Shown: positions 1 to 12,506, counted from the first letter of the stretch. The stretch is DNA of 62,920 bases from Toensbergia leucococca (GCA_022813965.1 JALDZS010000059.1:62001-124920); one strand, 5' to 3'. The notes: a model not told the origin generated them from the sequence alone. Numbers and translations are program-made.

Positions 1-68
1 CCAAGCGAGAAACGAACGAACTTCTTCATGCTTGATCATTAACGACATCGATAGGTACAACGACAGCG

Positions 69-890
69 ATGGCGCCGAAAGAGCAGAAAACCAAGAAAGG
101 TGAGCTACGTTTCCATTTTTGACGATATTTCTAGGTGTTGCTAGTATTAGGAATCATGACATTTCAGCTGCCATTGTCAGGGATCTAGTCTTGCTGAAAC
201 AATGAGAAGACCGTTCTATAAAGGCACTCGTTTCACGGACCTTACCCGGGATCAGTCCTAAATCTTGTCTTTAAAAATGCTAATATATCGATGCATAGGC
301 CCCAAACCCGCCGGTAAATCCAGTGCCAAAGCCAACGCCGCCGCAAAGGCTACTCTCCGCGGTGTAATACTCACTTCCCTTCTTTCCTCCCTCCCATCCC
401 TACTTTTCTGACTTCAACCCATAGGTAAACTCCCACAAAGTCCGCAAAGTGCGCCTTAGTACGACTTTCCACCGGCCTAAGACCCTTCAACTTTCCCGCT
501 CCCCCAAATACCCTCGCAAATCAGTTCCACATGAACCTCGCCTCGACCACCACAAAGTGCTCATCCACCCATTAAATACGGAGAGCGCGATGAAGAAAAT
601 CGAGGAGAATAATACGTTGGTGTTCATTTGCGATGTCAAGGCGAATAAGAGGCAGATCAAAGAGGCATTGAAGAAGCTGTACGATGTGGATTGTGTGAAG
701 ATCAATACGCTGATTAGGTATGTTACTGGGCGCAAGATTCACAGTGGCAAATGTTGGAATGCGAGGGCTTGGGAAAAGCGGAGTGGCTAATAATTGACGC
801 AGGCCTGACGGAACGAAGAAGGCTTTCGCGAGGTTGACGCCTGATGTTGACGCTCTGGATATTGCAGCGACGAAATTGGCGATTGTCTAA
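69..890 (+). CDS. RPL25: 60S ribosomal protein L25 (uL23), 4 exons (~69-99, 299-363, 425-718, 803-890)
   Basis: [41 protein letters not shown] and [28 protein letters not shown] are uL23 hallmarks; GT-AG introns join the frames. Confidence 0.96.
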
Positions 891-1243
891 GAGGGTGGCT
901 TGCATTTGTTGGCTGGGGCGCGGAGATAGCTAGAATTGAATGGTGCTCTCAATCATCTACACGCAACCTTGATCAAATTCATAAGAATTTTCCATTAACT
1001 TCCGAGACGATCTGAAGACAGGATTGGGTATTACTGCGTCATAATTGTTGTACATAAAGCGTTGACACAGACCACGCCATCCAATATGCATGCTTTTCGC
1101 CCGTTGTTTAGAGCGACTGCTCTCTTCGTGTCCGCTCTCCCCATTATCCCATTCTCTCCCCAAACATGAACCGAAACTTCACATACCCCCTACCACATAA
1201 GCCACTTCCCCTTTCACCCTTAGCTTCGATTTCAACCCATCGC

Positions 1244-1594
1244 TCACTGCCCCCGCATATTCTCCAATTGCTTCAAAATGGTTAGATTTGCATCCAAAAA
1301 CCTCTCGACGCACAACTGGGTGCAGATCTCCTCGTTCTTTTCCAACTTTCCCGATGATATCCGGCCCGTGATGCACTTTTTCCAGCAGATTTCTGTAAGG
1401 TTGTGGATGGCTGTTTGCAAGGTAGAGGTCAGCGGAGGAGTTGTTCTAGGGGATTTGTCAGGGACTTTACAGTTCTGGACCTTTCCCTTTTGCATCTCAT
1501 TCATGATGAAGTGGTTTATTTCTTCTTGGTCCTTGTTGGACATTTTTTTCATCGCCTCCCATTCCTCCTTTGATAATTGTGGTCCAAAGTCCAT
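1244..1594 (-). CDS. TIM8: Mitochondrial small Tim chaperone Tim8 (twin CX3C); 60-nt intron 1470-1411
   Basis: IHNLTEICWKKCI...EEICTQLCVERFLDAN twin CX3C motif; GTAAAG..GCTGAC..ACAG intron. Confidence 0.92.
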   Translation of the reverse strand: MDFGPQLSKEEWEAMKKMSNKDQEEINHFIMNEMQKGKVQNCKVPDKSPRTTPPLTSTLQTAIHNLTEICWKKCITGRISSGKLEKNEEICTQLCVERFLDANLTILKQLENMRGQ

Positions 1595-2339
1595 GGTACT
1601 CTATTAGCAAGAATTGGGGTTATTGAGTGATTCTGGGTCGATGGGAAAATCGTCCTATGAGTTCTTGTGCAATGATGGTCCGTTGTTATTGTTGTTGTTA
1701 TGGAGTGCTCATTGAGATTCCAAGGGCAGATATTTGCCGTGTTTGTCTGAATACGAGCAGAATACCCCCCCCCCAGCGGTTCCCCACGCAGCATTACGAG
1801 TACCTTGTGCTCTCTTCGCGATACAGTATCCACCAGAGCAGGAGCTATGCTGACTGACTACAGGTAGGATCTATGTTTGACTTGAATTTCATTGATCTAG
1901 TTTATCAGCTCCTATGCTTTGCACCCAGAAGGCAGTGATTGAGCAAAAATGTATGAACGCCTTTGTTCATGAACAAACAAACTATCATTGTCAATCAAAG
2001 TAATGAACAATTTATTGCAATATTGCCATGCAAAATAACACAATCCATTGTTCAGTTTCCCTAGATATGGTGCTTTAACATCTCAATTGCACGCAACATG
2101 TTCTAGTCTCGGATAGCTGTATGCTCAAGAAAGAGGTCTCACACGTTCTTTGTGCACTTTGGGACAGCGTCCCATACACAGTCCTACTGACATATATATA
2201 GTAGCCTCTGCTTCCCCTTAGTTAGATGCCAGGAGCTTCGATTCAACCCTTCGGCTCAACACTCTGTTCAGCATAGATCGTACTTTTACGTCAAGTACAA
2301 CAGCTTCCAATCCAAAAAGAAAAATCTCCATCCAGCAAA

Positions 2340-2645
2340 ATGGCTCCCCATGGAATGAACCCGTACAGTCTGCTAGCCTGCCACGAAACTGATTGTCCGA
2401 TTAAGCACCATCATCCTGCCGGCCCTCTATTCTTTACGACCGATGAAAAGAGACATGCTGACGCTTTTGGATCTAGCAATCCTCCATCTGAGGTATGGGA
2501 CGCGTATGATAGGCTTCGTATGGATCCACCAATGAGCCACTATAGTCCGGAAGCCTTGAGTCGAGATGTAAAAATCGTCCTAAACTTTGACACATATCAC
2601 GTACTCAATTTCGAGCGTCACAACACCAGCTTCAAGAAGCCCTGA
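2340..2645 (+). CDS. Small hypothetical protein with Cys/His cluster (CHETDCPIKHHH)
   Basis: ATG in AAAATG context, 101-codon ORF, upstream TATATATA at ~2193; family not recognised. Confidence 0.5.
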   Translation: MAPHGMNPYSLLACHETDCPIKHHHPAGPLFFTTDEKRHADAFGSSNPPSEVWDAYDRLRMDPPMSHYSPEALSRDVKIVLNFDTYHVLNFERHNTSFKKP

Positions 2646-2990
2646 AGCCTTCCATTGTTCCTTGGCTATCTCTCGCTCGGTACGGAACAATGGTAATGAA
2701 AAATCAAGCTAATAATAGAGTACCATCTGTTCGTTGCTGTTTACATTTAGACTGTTCTTGTCTGTCTTTAAATCAAGTTTTTGTCCATCAAAATTCCAAA
2801 ATATGAATTGTCCTAGTGCAGAGATCCCACGAGGATATAAACATATCCAAACTCTCCATGCTTCTTCTTCTTCTTTCATTCCCTTGTAGCCCTTCAACTT
2901 GCTCTCTCTCGGCCACTTCGTCCCTTACTTTCAGAAAAGACCCTGCAATCAACTTATCTCTCATCACAGAACCGTTCAACCCTAGGCACC

Positions 2991-3767
2991 ATGTGCGAAT
3001 GGGAAAAGATCATACACGGCCACTGCGGCTGTGTCGCGGACCACAACATCGTCCATAGATGCATCCTAGCCCGTGACTCAACCGAAGCAGCATCCGGAGG
3101 ATCAGATGCTACCCTAGTCTGCCATCAAACGGATATCATCAACACACGACAGCACCCAGAACGTCCTTATTGCCAATCCTGCTACCAGAGGGAGCTTCAA
3201 CGTATACATCAGGAGCACCGCGATACGGATGATGTTTTGATAGCTTCAATGAAATACCACGATCCGGATGATTTATCAGTCCAAGTGGAAGAACGGTCAA
3301 TTCAGGGACAAATCCGAGAGAAAGAATACTCAATCCAGAGACTGCAACGCGAACTTCAGGCACATCGTGACTCGAACTGTGTTGTAGATGCATCGCTTTT
3401 TAGAGCGATGAGATGCTGGCGAAAAGAACGTGAAGACTTACGTCAGGAGCGCCGCAATACAGGAGATACTGATGCAGCCATGGTGCGAGTGAGTGAAAAA
3501 TACCAGGAAGAAATGGAGCGCGTAAGAAGGGAATACCGCGATGTAGAAAACTGCCTGATAGCATCGATCCAAGCAGATGAGCAAGCCCTATCGGTTTTAT
3601 TGAATCTCAGAGCGGAGTTGAGACAATCGTTGAAGGACCAATCCGAGGAGATTCGACTTTGGAAACAACAGATGGGCCACTGTGATGTTGGCAGGTCCTT
3701 GTCAGTGGATGCTAGAGCTCAAGAATTTGAGTTCCTTATGGATAGATCTATGTCGAGTCCTATTTGA
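2991..3767 (+). CDS. Hypothetical protein: Cys/His-rich N-terminus plus coiled-coil C-terminus
   Basis: 258-codon ORF starting CACCATG; MC..HCGC..HRC..C..CQSC followed by E/R/Q-rich heptads. Confidence 0.65.
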   Translation: MCEWEKIIHGHCGCVADHNIVHRCILARDSTEAASGGSDATLVCHQTDIINTRQHPERPYCQSCYQRELQRIHQEHRDTDDVLIASMKYHDPDDLSVQVEERSIQGQIREKEYSIQRLQRELQAHRDSNCVVDASLFRAMRCWRKEREDLRQERRNTGDTDAAMVRVSEKYQEEMERVRREYRDVENCLIASIQADEQALSVLLNLRAELRQSLKDQSEEIRLWKQQMGHCDVGRSLSVDARAQEFEFLMDRSMSSPI

Positions 3768-3818
3768 GCTGGACAAGGACCCAGATCTGGTTCGGCCATT
3801 GTGAGGTAATGGCTATTT

Positions 3819-3957
3819 CGTGCTCTTGATTTTCTTTTCTTTGCGTGCGTCTTCGAATCTAGCTACTTGGCTAGAAACCGTTCTCTGCGTGCTCTTGAAT
3901 TTCTTTTTTTTGCGTGTGTCTTGAAGCCTAGCTATTTAGCTAGAAATCGCTCTTTGC
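3819..3957. repeat. Two diverged tandem copies of a ~69-bp unit
   Basis: cgtgctcttga(t/a)tttctttt...tgcgtg(c/t)gtctt...ctagcta...gctagaaa occurs at 3819 and 3888. Confidence 0.8.
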
Positions 3958-4836
3958 TTTGTCAATCTCATTTCATAATACAAATTGCCAGATGATGGTT
4001 TTTCCAGCTTTGTCATGCTTGTCCATGCGAATCTTATCATGCTTAATCTAAATTTCGAAGTAAATCATGTGTCTCTTTGTATCTGAGGACTATCATGCTC
4101 AACTTGACTTTCCAGGTGTCTCTGGGTTTACTACTCTAGGTATTAGAAATGATCATTCTTAGTTTACAAGACTTTTGGTTGCTAAGGACTAAAGACTATG
4201 AGAATGTAGGCCGTATATATGCGGGTCCATTCGGAACAATTTGAAAAAGTGATTGTCCCGAATGGACGGTATGTGAGTAAAGTTCAGCCCGCCTCGGAGC
4301 CCCAATTAGGGCATTCCTTTTCTACCACCTCAGAGCCTTCTATTTAGGTTAAGCTGGATCACCGGAGTGCTTTGGATTACTGGGTACCAAGGTGATCATT
4401 AGTATACCGAGGTGTTTCAAAACCCCTATTACCAATGAGGGTATCTACTGCGCATCTAAAAATCATTGCCCCAGACAGTTTGCCAAGTCAAAGACATCAT
4501 ACCAACTTTACTAGTTCTCTACTCCAGCCGTATTAGAGGCGAGGCGTCCGCTGATTGCACTCCTGCAGCTAACCTCCAGCAATTTTGAAGTTTAATCGTC
4601 CGTCGGTCCAAAGTCACAAAATATCGAGCGAAGTTGAATACCCTTATGCGTCACATTCCTGGACAGAGATGTGTAATAGCGCAGGTTTTGAACAACTTCT
4701 GCTCATCCCCAATAGGTTTTTGATTCCATGAAACCCAGACTCATTTACGGCCAACATCTCACCTGCCCCAAAACTCCTCCCAATGCAACTGCACTCAATG
4801 CTTGTTAACCAGAGCCCCAAAGATAAACCCTCGATA

Positions 4837-5445
4837 TCACTTCTTCCCCTCTCCCTCATCATCAGGCTCTTTCCGCACTGCACCAACCTCCTTCTCCCAC
4901 CCCCTCCAAACCCCCTCGTTCTTTATTCGCCTCTTTTCTCTTCGAACGAGTAGCTCGTAATCCCTTAGCCTCCTATCCGCTTCGATCATGCTACCAAGAA
5001 CCATGCCTGACATTTGGAGGAATCTGGGGGACGAGTATTAGTTGGCGGGCTGTAGAGCCTGCCTGGAGAGGTGTGGAGGTTCAAACTTTCAAGCAGAGGG
5101 GGCAGGAGGTACATACACTTTGAACTGAACCGTCAAACCGCGATAGATGGGCGAAAGGCCATACCCGGCCAAGCCGAGGAGTGCGGAGACGATACCCCAC
5201 TGTTGACAACAATCAGCCAGTCAGTTTACTTTTCAATCAAAATCCCCCCAGAAACAAAAGATACCCAATTCCGTGCAAATAGAAATAAAAGAGAAAGCAT
5301 CAATTTGCAATAATCCATCATACAGCAATCCAAAACGGAGAGGGGGGGATATAACCTTGGCAGCCCCCACAACAGCGCCCTTGGCCGCCTCAGTAGCAGC
5401 AGCATTGACCTCGGAGTCCTTAGCCAGATTCACATGCTGGCGCAT
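4837..5445 (-). CDS. Small fungal two-TM protein (HIG1-like topology), 3 exons, head-to-head with HIS3
   Basis: Spliced reading MRQHVNLAKDSEVNAAATEAAKGAVVGAAK|WGIVSALLGLAGYGLSPIYRGLTVQFKV|FLQMSGMVLGSMIEADRRLRDYE...; introns with CTGAC/CTAAT branch sites. Confidence 0.8.
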
Positions 5446-5630
5446 CCTCGCTCATCCGTCAGCGTCGAAGCGGGTATGAATTGCACCTCCGCCAAACTTA
5501 ACGAGGGGGTTAGACGTGGAATTTAGCGAGGGCGGGGAAAACGTCACCACCACCCCCTGCAGCTGTTTCCAAATAAACTCCCAAAAAAATTCTCACTCCA
5601 CCCCGAAACCGCCTCCCAACCCAATCCACA

Positions 5631-6513
5631 ATGTCCTCCCCCGTCCCTGCCCCCGCCCCACCCCCTCGCACCGCAACCCTCACCCGCACCACAAAAGAAA
5701 CCTCCATCCAAATCGCCCTCTCCCTCGACGGCGGCCCCCTCGACCTCCTCCCCCCAACCCCCCACTTCCCCTCCCCAGAAGAATGCAACGACGGGACCGC
5801 AACCCCCACAAGTAGCACCACCTCCACATCCTCGCCCCGCTCACCGCCCATCCCCCCGCAAACCGTCGAAACGCACGCCTCGCAGACGACCGCCTCGCAA
5901 CAGATCTGGATCTGGACGGGCGTCGGCTTCTTGGATCACATGCTGCACGCATGGGCGAAACACGCAGGCTGGAGTCTGCGGGTACGGTGTCGGGGGGATT
6001 TATACAGTAAGTTCAGTTTCCATTTGTTACCCCTCCACCTCTTCCCCCAACCACTCATCCCCACAATCCATTCCAGTAAATGCACACCTCTAAAAGAAAA
6101 ACAAAGTCGACGACCACCACACAATCGAAGACACCCTCCTAGCCCTCGGCACCGCCTTCACCACCTCTCTAGGCTCCCGCACCGGCCTCGCCCGCTTCGG
6201 CTACGCCTACGCCCCCCTGGACGAAGCTCTCTCGCGCGCTGTCCTCGACATCTCCTCCCGCCCCTTCTTCGTCGGCGAATTCGGGTTCCAGAGCGAGCGG
6301 ATTGGGAATTTGAGCACGCAGATGGTGGGACATGGGTTGGGGAGCTGGGCGCAGGCGGCCGGGGTGACGTTGCATGTGGATGTGCTGAAGGGGGTGAATG
6401 ATCATCATCGGTGCGAGAGCGCATTTAAGGCGTTGGCGGGGGCGTGTCGGATGGCGTGTGCGAGGGTGGGGGGACGGGAGGGAGAGGTAGTTAGTACCAA
6501 GGGGGTTTTGTGA
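5631..6513 (+). CDS. HIS3: Imidazoleglycerol-phosphate dehydratase; intron 6007-6106
   Basis: [63 protein letters not shown] and STKGVL motifs. Confidence 0.97.
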
Positions 6514-6741
6514 GCGAGGACGTTGGTTTGGGTGGAGGAGTGCCGTTTGGGACTGATGATCTGCTGAAAACTGCATTTCACCGCTGTCTTGTGGAGTGCT
6601 TCGCTAGTCTCCGGCGAGTAGGAAGGAAAATCCAAAGGTTGAAGTAAATATGGGCAAGATATGTATTTACACCAAATGGACTCCCACCGGCAGTCCAAGG
6701 AGCCCAAGCCATATTTCTCCTTGGTTCCCCTTTTACCTTTA

Positions 6742-7907
6742 TCAAACTTCATGCCTATTTACAAGCTCGTAATCCTTCGGACTCGGCCTCCTCCACGAGC
6801 CGAAACAACGTTTGCCCATCCACGGCTGGCCCTTCCTTTGCCCAATCCCCAGTAACCTGGCATAACCCCACCAGAGCCCTACTCCCACTACCCCAGCCAG
6901 TATGAAACCTCCGACAGTCAACACTACCCAGTGGCTGCCCATCCAAAATATTAGACGGGCATCTTTCCCGTGCCAACTATTACCTATATGATAAGTAAAG
7001 AAACTCCACGCGTGTTTGTTGTATTCGTCCGGCATCAAAATCCTTACTCTTCCGCCGCCTATATCATCTCCAAGATTGTCGCCCGAGGCCATGTATTCTT
7101 TCCAGATGACTGAAAGAAAGAGTGGGCCAGTGCTGTACATGACTGTTACGTAAGGTAGTTGCCAATTTTTATTGTAGGATTGGAGAGAGTCAATTACGCG
7201 CAGGAAGAAGGGATGTTGGGGCGTTGCACCCATGGCATCGTTGGAGATGCCGGTAGGGATTGTGCGGTGGAGCCAAGCGGGATAGGAGAGGAGAGGGTCC
7301 AGGCGCCGGTTGCAGCCCTAAATTGGAGATATGTTAGCATTGACGTTTGACGAGTGTTTTGGAGACCATGCCAAATGGGAAACAAGGGAACTTACATCGT
7401 CGAGATCGATATAGACGCCGCCGTAGTGTGCAAGCACAAAGTAGCGGATCGCATCGGCGCGCTGTATGGGTTGGGGGTAGTTTTCGAACGTATCGAGGAA
7501 CCAAGGGTATTCTGTTGCTATGAACTCGCGAGACCCGAGATCTGTCCAAAGCTATATTGACGCCGAGTATCAGCGCACACAATCCATGGTAAAGACTTGT
7601 CCAGATGTCCTCTCACAGTGCAACATACCCTATATTCATAATCCTCATGCAAATTGATACAGCTTCTTTGCGCCTCCCTCCACTGCTCCGGTATACTTTC
7701 ATTTATATACGTTTGGTGTATGATTTTCGGGATGAGTTGCGGGCGGTTGTCTATCAGGGGGGAATTGGGAGCAGGAATCTCGAAGCGGTGGATTGCGTCG
7801 GCAGCGCCGTCTTCGATGAGGAGGGTAAGGAGGGTGAAGACCTTACTGACCAGGAAGACGATGACAAGAAAGTTGACGACTATGAAGACAACGAGGCCAC
7901 GACGCAT
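6742..7907 (-). CDS. SUR1: Mannosyl phosphorylinositol ceramide synthase (GT32, Sur1/Csh1 family), 3 exons
   Basis: N-terminal TM, IPKIIHQT, IQRADAIRYFVLAHYGGVYIDLDD (DXD), PTGISNDAMG, TVMYSTGPLFLS, C-terminal TM. Confidence 0.92.
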
Positions 7908-9673
7908 TGCTTATGGTAAAGCGAGTCTCGGCGAAGTGTAGAGGAGGGTTTTCTATTTGTTGTGAAGCACAGCGGGCCAGCATGAAGGTGAAAATAGCAA
8001 GAGTCGCAGCTTAATTTATTCATGAAAACATTAAAGCATTAATGACTGCAAGAAGATTACGACAGAGGAGAGAGGCCAACAGGAAAAGGAATAATTGCAA
8101 TTACGGAAATGGACCCTCGATCTGAAAGCTGCGCCTCGCCATGAGGCGCGGTCAAGTTTCCAACACCTGTCCGAGGGTTGAAATAATCTAAATTTTAGCG
8201 TCTCTCCGAGGACTCGAGCCCTGAGGTCTCTTACCACTGCTTTATTCTTTCAAATGTGTTTCAGACTATGTAGAGTATGACCTGACATTCTCATGACCTA
8301 TCAATATTAGGCACTCTAAGTTATCTCTTAATTTCCGGTTTATCCTGAACTCTCAATTGTCTTGATCTTGCACTTGTGACTACGTAGTATGACTGTAACC
8401 ATTCCAAAAAAACTAAAATCTCCTGGCTGTCCTGGATGTCAAGCTCTGTGATGATCCCTTCCGCCGTCGGGTCGGATGGTAAGATGTGATGTGGCTGATT
8501 GGCTGAAGTTAAGAAATTAAGATAACCCCGCATTTTAACGGAACTTTACATATTCTATGAATTTACGCTCTCACATGTTTAAATCTGATGATTAAGGTAT
8601 TATGCTGATTGATTGATTGGTCACCCCACACGGGTTTTACTATCACTGTCGCTCCACTCTACCGTATAGCACCAAGCCTTGAATCATTTTAATTCTAACG
8701 GCTCTTTCCAACTACACACATGGAATTTCTTCCCGAAGTCTTCTTGCAAGAGTTGCGGAAGTCGTCGATGTTGCTGTGAAGTAAATGAGAGAAACAGACA
8801 CAAGTGCTGAATGATGAACCGCAAGACTAGCATCACGAGACGATCGAGGTATATCAATAGTCACGATTTTTCCTAGTGAACATATGACTTTCCGAGTCAA
8901 CTCTTTGAAGAAAATGGCAGCTGTAGGGATTGGGAAGAAGCCGCTATAGGCACAGTCGAGAGTGGATAGACTTGAAGGGTAAAGTCCACGCTTGTCTTAA
9001 ATGAGGATACAACGAAATAACCTCTCCCAAGTCTCCTGTATTGTTCCCCCTTTCTTATATCCCGTCAGCATCACGTCCCTCCAATACTCACCCTTTCAAA
9101 GCAGCCAACAAGCTCTTTCAGACACGGAAGAGAAAGAGAGGGAAGAATTGTTTGCTTCTTCGGGGAGTAGATCGGAAGCGATGGTAGTGGTGGCTTATCA
9201 ACTGGCACGTAATTTGCCGAGACGCCGGCCCCGCGCCATCAATGCTCGAATAGGCTTCTGAATCATATCCTGCATCACATCATGCATACTTTTTCTCACT
9301 TTTGTTTCTTCAAGTCAAACTCTTTCTAGCATATTCCTCAGAGTCACTCTGACATTTCCCACTCTAATTTAGTCCCTCTCGCAGTCTTTCCTGACTACGA
9401 TAAGCTCAACCCATCCTTATCGCTCCCGCCCATCTATTTCTTGCACATCATCCGCTGAAAAATACATAAGCAAGACAACCTCCAGAACATCCCCAGACCG
9501 TTTGAAGGCCACCACATTTAGTCAGAGCTATTGTGAGCCAGGAAACCACTTGGTCGCGTAAGCATTTGTTCGTCACCCGACCGTGTATAAAGAACTTAAG
9601 GTCCACATTTCCACGGCTTTCCGTGCCATCGCCCCATCTATTCTCTCTCACCTACTCCCCTCCCCAACTGGAC

Positions 9674-10746
9674 ATGGATACACCAGAGTCACAGACCGGT
9701 GCTACCAATGGTACAACTCATGTCCCATCCAACGGAAGCCTGGCTACACACGATACCAATTCGTCGTATGTTCTCCCGGATCATAAGCTAAAGATTTGCG
9801 TCGAAGATTCTTCAAAGACACCGTTGCTTTTGGTCAGCCCCGGAGCATTTTCACCTATAACGTACCTGGCGAGTCCACCCTACGAACCGAATTTCTTGGC
9901 GCTTTGTCTAATATCCATGTAGCATCTCCGCATGTTCGAGATGGTAGCCGATCACGTGAGAGACAGCGGCTTTGAAGTCATTGGTGGTTATATCTCGCCC
10001 GTTGCAGACGCTTACAAAAAGGCCGGCCTGGCGAGCGCTGAGCATAGGTTGGTGATAAATTATGTGACTTTGTGAGCTATGGGCTGACTGATGTAGACTT
10101 CAGATGTGTAAGATTGCGTCAGATCCATCACCGTGGGTGATGGTGGATCCATGGGAAGCCGACCGACACGAGTACACTCGAACTGCTCTTGTGCTTGATC
10201 ATTTTGATCACGAGATTAACGTAGTCCGTCGAGGGGTAGGTACCTCTACGGGGGAGCGAAAGCTGGTGCGCATAGCTCTGCTCGCAGGAGCAGATCTTAT
10301 CGGGACGATGTCTAGCCCAGGCCTTTGGAGCAATGACGATTTGGATCATATTCTGGGCCAATATGGCGCCTTTATCGTAGAGAGAAACGGCATCGACATC
10401 GATGAAGCACTAGCCCAGCTGCAGCCATGGAAAGAGAACATTTTCGTAATCCCACAACTTATTCATAACGACGTCAGCTCGACAAAGATCAGAAGTTTCC
10501 TCAAGAAGGATATGAGCGTCCAATATCTTATTCCCGCACCAGTCATACAGTATTCGCCGTCTATGTCTTGGTAGCATCATTGAATGCTGACATCTTCACA
10601 GATATATCGAGGAGCATGGCCTTTACGAAGACGAAGGCGGGATTCCTAGAACCCATCGAAGGAACCGATCAGGGACGCCCCGGATTTCCAACCGCAATTC
10701 TCCAGCTCCCTCTGTTGAGGTATCGGAACAACGCAACGGATGCTGA
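9674..10746 (+). CDS. NMA1: Nicotinamide/nicotinate mononucleotide adenylyltransferase (NMNAT), 4 exons
   Basis: GAFSPITYL|HLRMFE, SPVADAYKKAGLASAEHR, WVMVDPWEA, LLAGADLI, NDVSSTKIR, YIEEHGLY. Confidence 0.93.
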
Positions 10747-12457
10747 GCAATCACGCGAGCGGCTGAGATGCTCATAAATTTTCAGAAAAAAGCTTACCGT
10801 GTGGCAATCGAATGAAAGAATCAAGTTGGTTTTGCAACTTTACATCACTAAGACCTACTTGTATGTTTAAGAGATGATTCGGCGTAAGCTGTTTTCTATG
10901 ATCTATCTAAAATCCAAAGACACAATAGAAAGTTCATTTTTGCTAAGTTTCCAATAGCAACAAGGCTCAGAGTACCTCGTGCACATGGCATCTGCGTGCA
11001 GCATGCTCAAATTTGTGCTCACGCCCTGTTTGCTTGGAGTTTGCTTAGAGTCGAGCAAACAGGTTTTACCGAGCACGCTCACACCAGCGTGTACTATCAA
11101 CCGTCTGCGCCTAGGCTATGATTTGAAACAAGTTGGAGTAAGAGCCTTGGATCGGATTTAGGGATTACGAGCAGCGAGTATCTATCGGGTTCGTGCATCA
11201 AAAGAAAAGAAAAGGGAACGTACCGCTGGTAGAGCCTGAGCCTGTTACCGTCTACAGAGCTAAAGCAAGGACTTGCTCATCATGCTTGAGATTTGACATC
11301 ACATTAGTTGCTTTCACAATAATGAGAGCGTGAAGGTTATCAAAGATTTGAAATGACGCAGGTGAAGGATTAGATACCTAGCTGCCTCTACTCTAGTCAG
11401 GTGATCAGAACTAAACAGCACTCAGCCCTCAGCTTCAATCTTCAACATTTCAGCACTACATTCCTGCAATTTTTTCCCCTCACCCTCATTGTATTGTACT
11501 AAATGAACTCACTCACCTTGTCATTCTTAAAGGTTTAAAAAAAGAAATGAAAATCAAAAAGAAAAGAAAAGAATCAAATTTGGTTTTTGTTTTCATATTT
11601 GAATCTTTTGTACAAACTTCACTACTATCACTCAGTACTATGACCACTTTTTTGGGGTTTTTGTCAAATGTTTTCTTTTCATTGCTTTAAAGCTTGTTCA
11701 ACATGTCAGAGCAAGGGCACAAAATTTCTTCCAATTTATTTGAGCATGAATGTGCTCCTTAAAGTCCCTTCAATCCATTCTCTTCTCAAACAAACCCCCC
11801 CCCCCCCCCAAAAAAAAAAAAACTTAATATCTCTTTCAAAAAATTACCATCTGTGAGACATAAAGAGAAAATAATCAAGATGCATGCAGTCTGTGAATTT
11901 TTTTTTTTTCAAATCAGAGAAAAACCGGTTCGTTCAAAATGCCTTCAAAAGCGTTGGGTGGGGGGTGGGTGGTCATGAAGAAAAGAAAAGAAAAATCTCT
12001 TCATGAAAAAAATATAAAAAAGCATGCGCTCAAACTTACTCAGCCCTTGATTGAAAAGTGGCATATTCTAGGCACCATCTATGGAGTATTGCATCAAAGA
12101 AGACGAAAGAATTAGAATTAAATCTATCAACTTCCTCTCTCCTCTCTCTCCTCTCTCCCTCTCTCTCTTTAAAAAAAAAAAACTGTGCGCAATCCATCTA
12201 AGAATCTACAAAGCAGCCCAGCTTTATTTTGCGCCACTACGCCCCCTGAGCCACCGTGTCGAAGCCGGCAAAGGCTTATGATATCAACCCGCTCGTCCTC
12301 ATTCTCTCCCGTTCTCATAAACATCATAGGCACATCGCATCATTTCTCTCGTCCCTGACACAACCATGGCCGCGTCATATCATGCCCCCTTCGTCTAGAG
12401 CAACAACCACGTCCGGCACTAGCCCGCACTTCCGTATCCAACAACCATCCCCACCGC

Positions 12458-12506
<49 letters not shown>
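12458..12506. repeat. (CAT)n microsatellite, ~16 units, just downstream of the LRR gene
   Basis: Direct reading of the sequence. Confidence 0.95.

Noticed and set aside
8448..8506. Box C/D snoRNA (GTGATGA...CTGA)
   Set aside because: Short, no terminal stem, and only ~8 nt of apparent rRNA complementarity.
11270..12200. Defined transposon in an AT- and homopolymer-rich intergenic stretch
   Set aside because: CpG-depleted and repeat-like, but I found no TIR, LTR, TSD or coding remnant.
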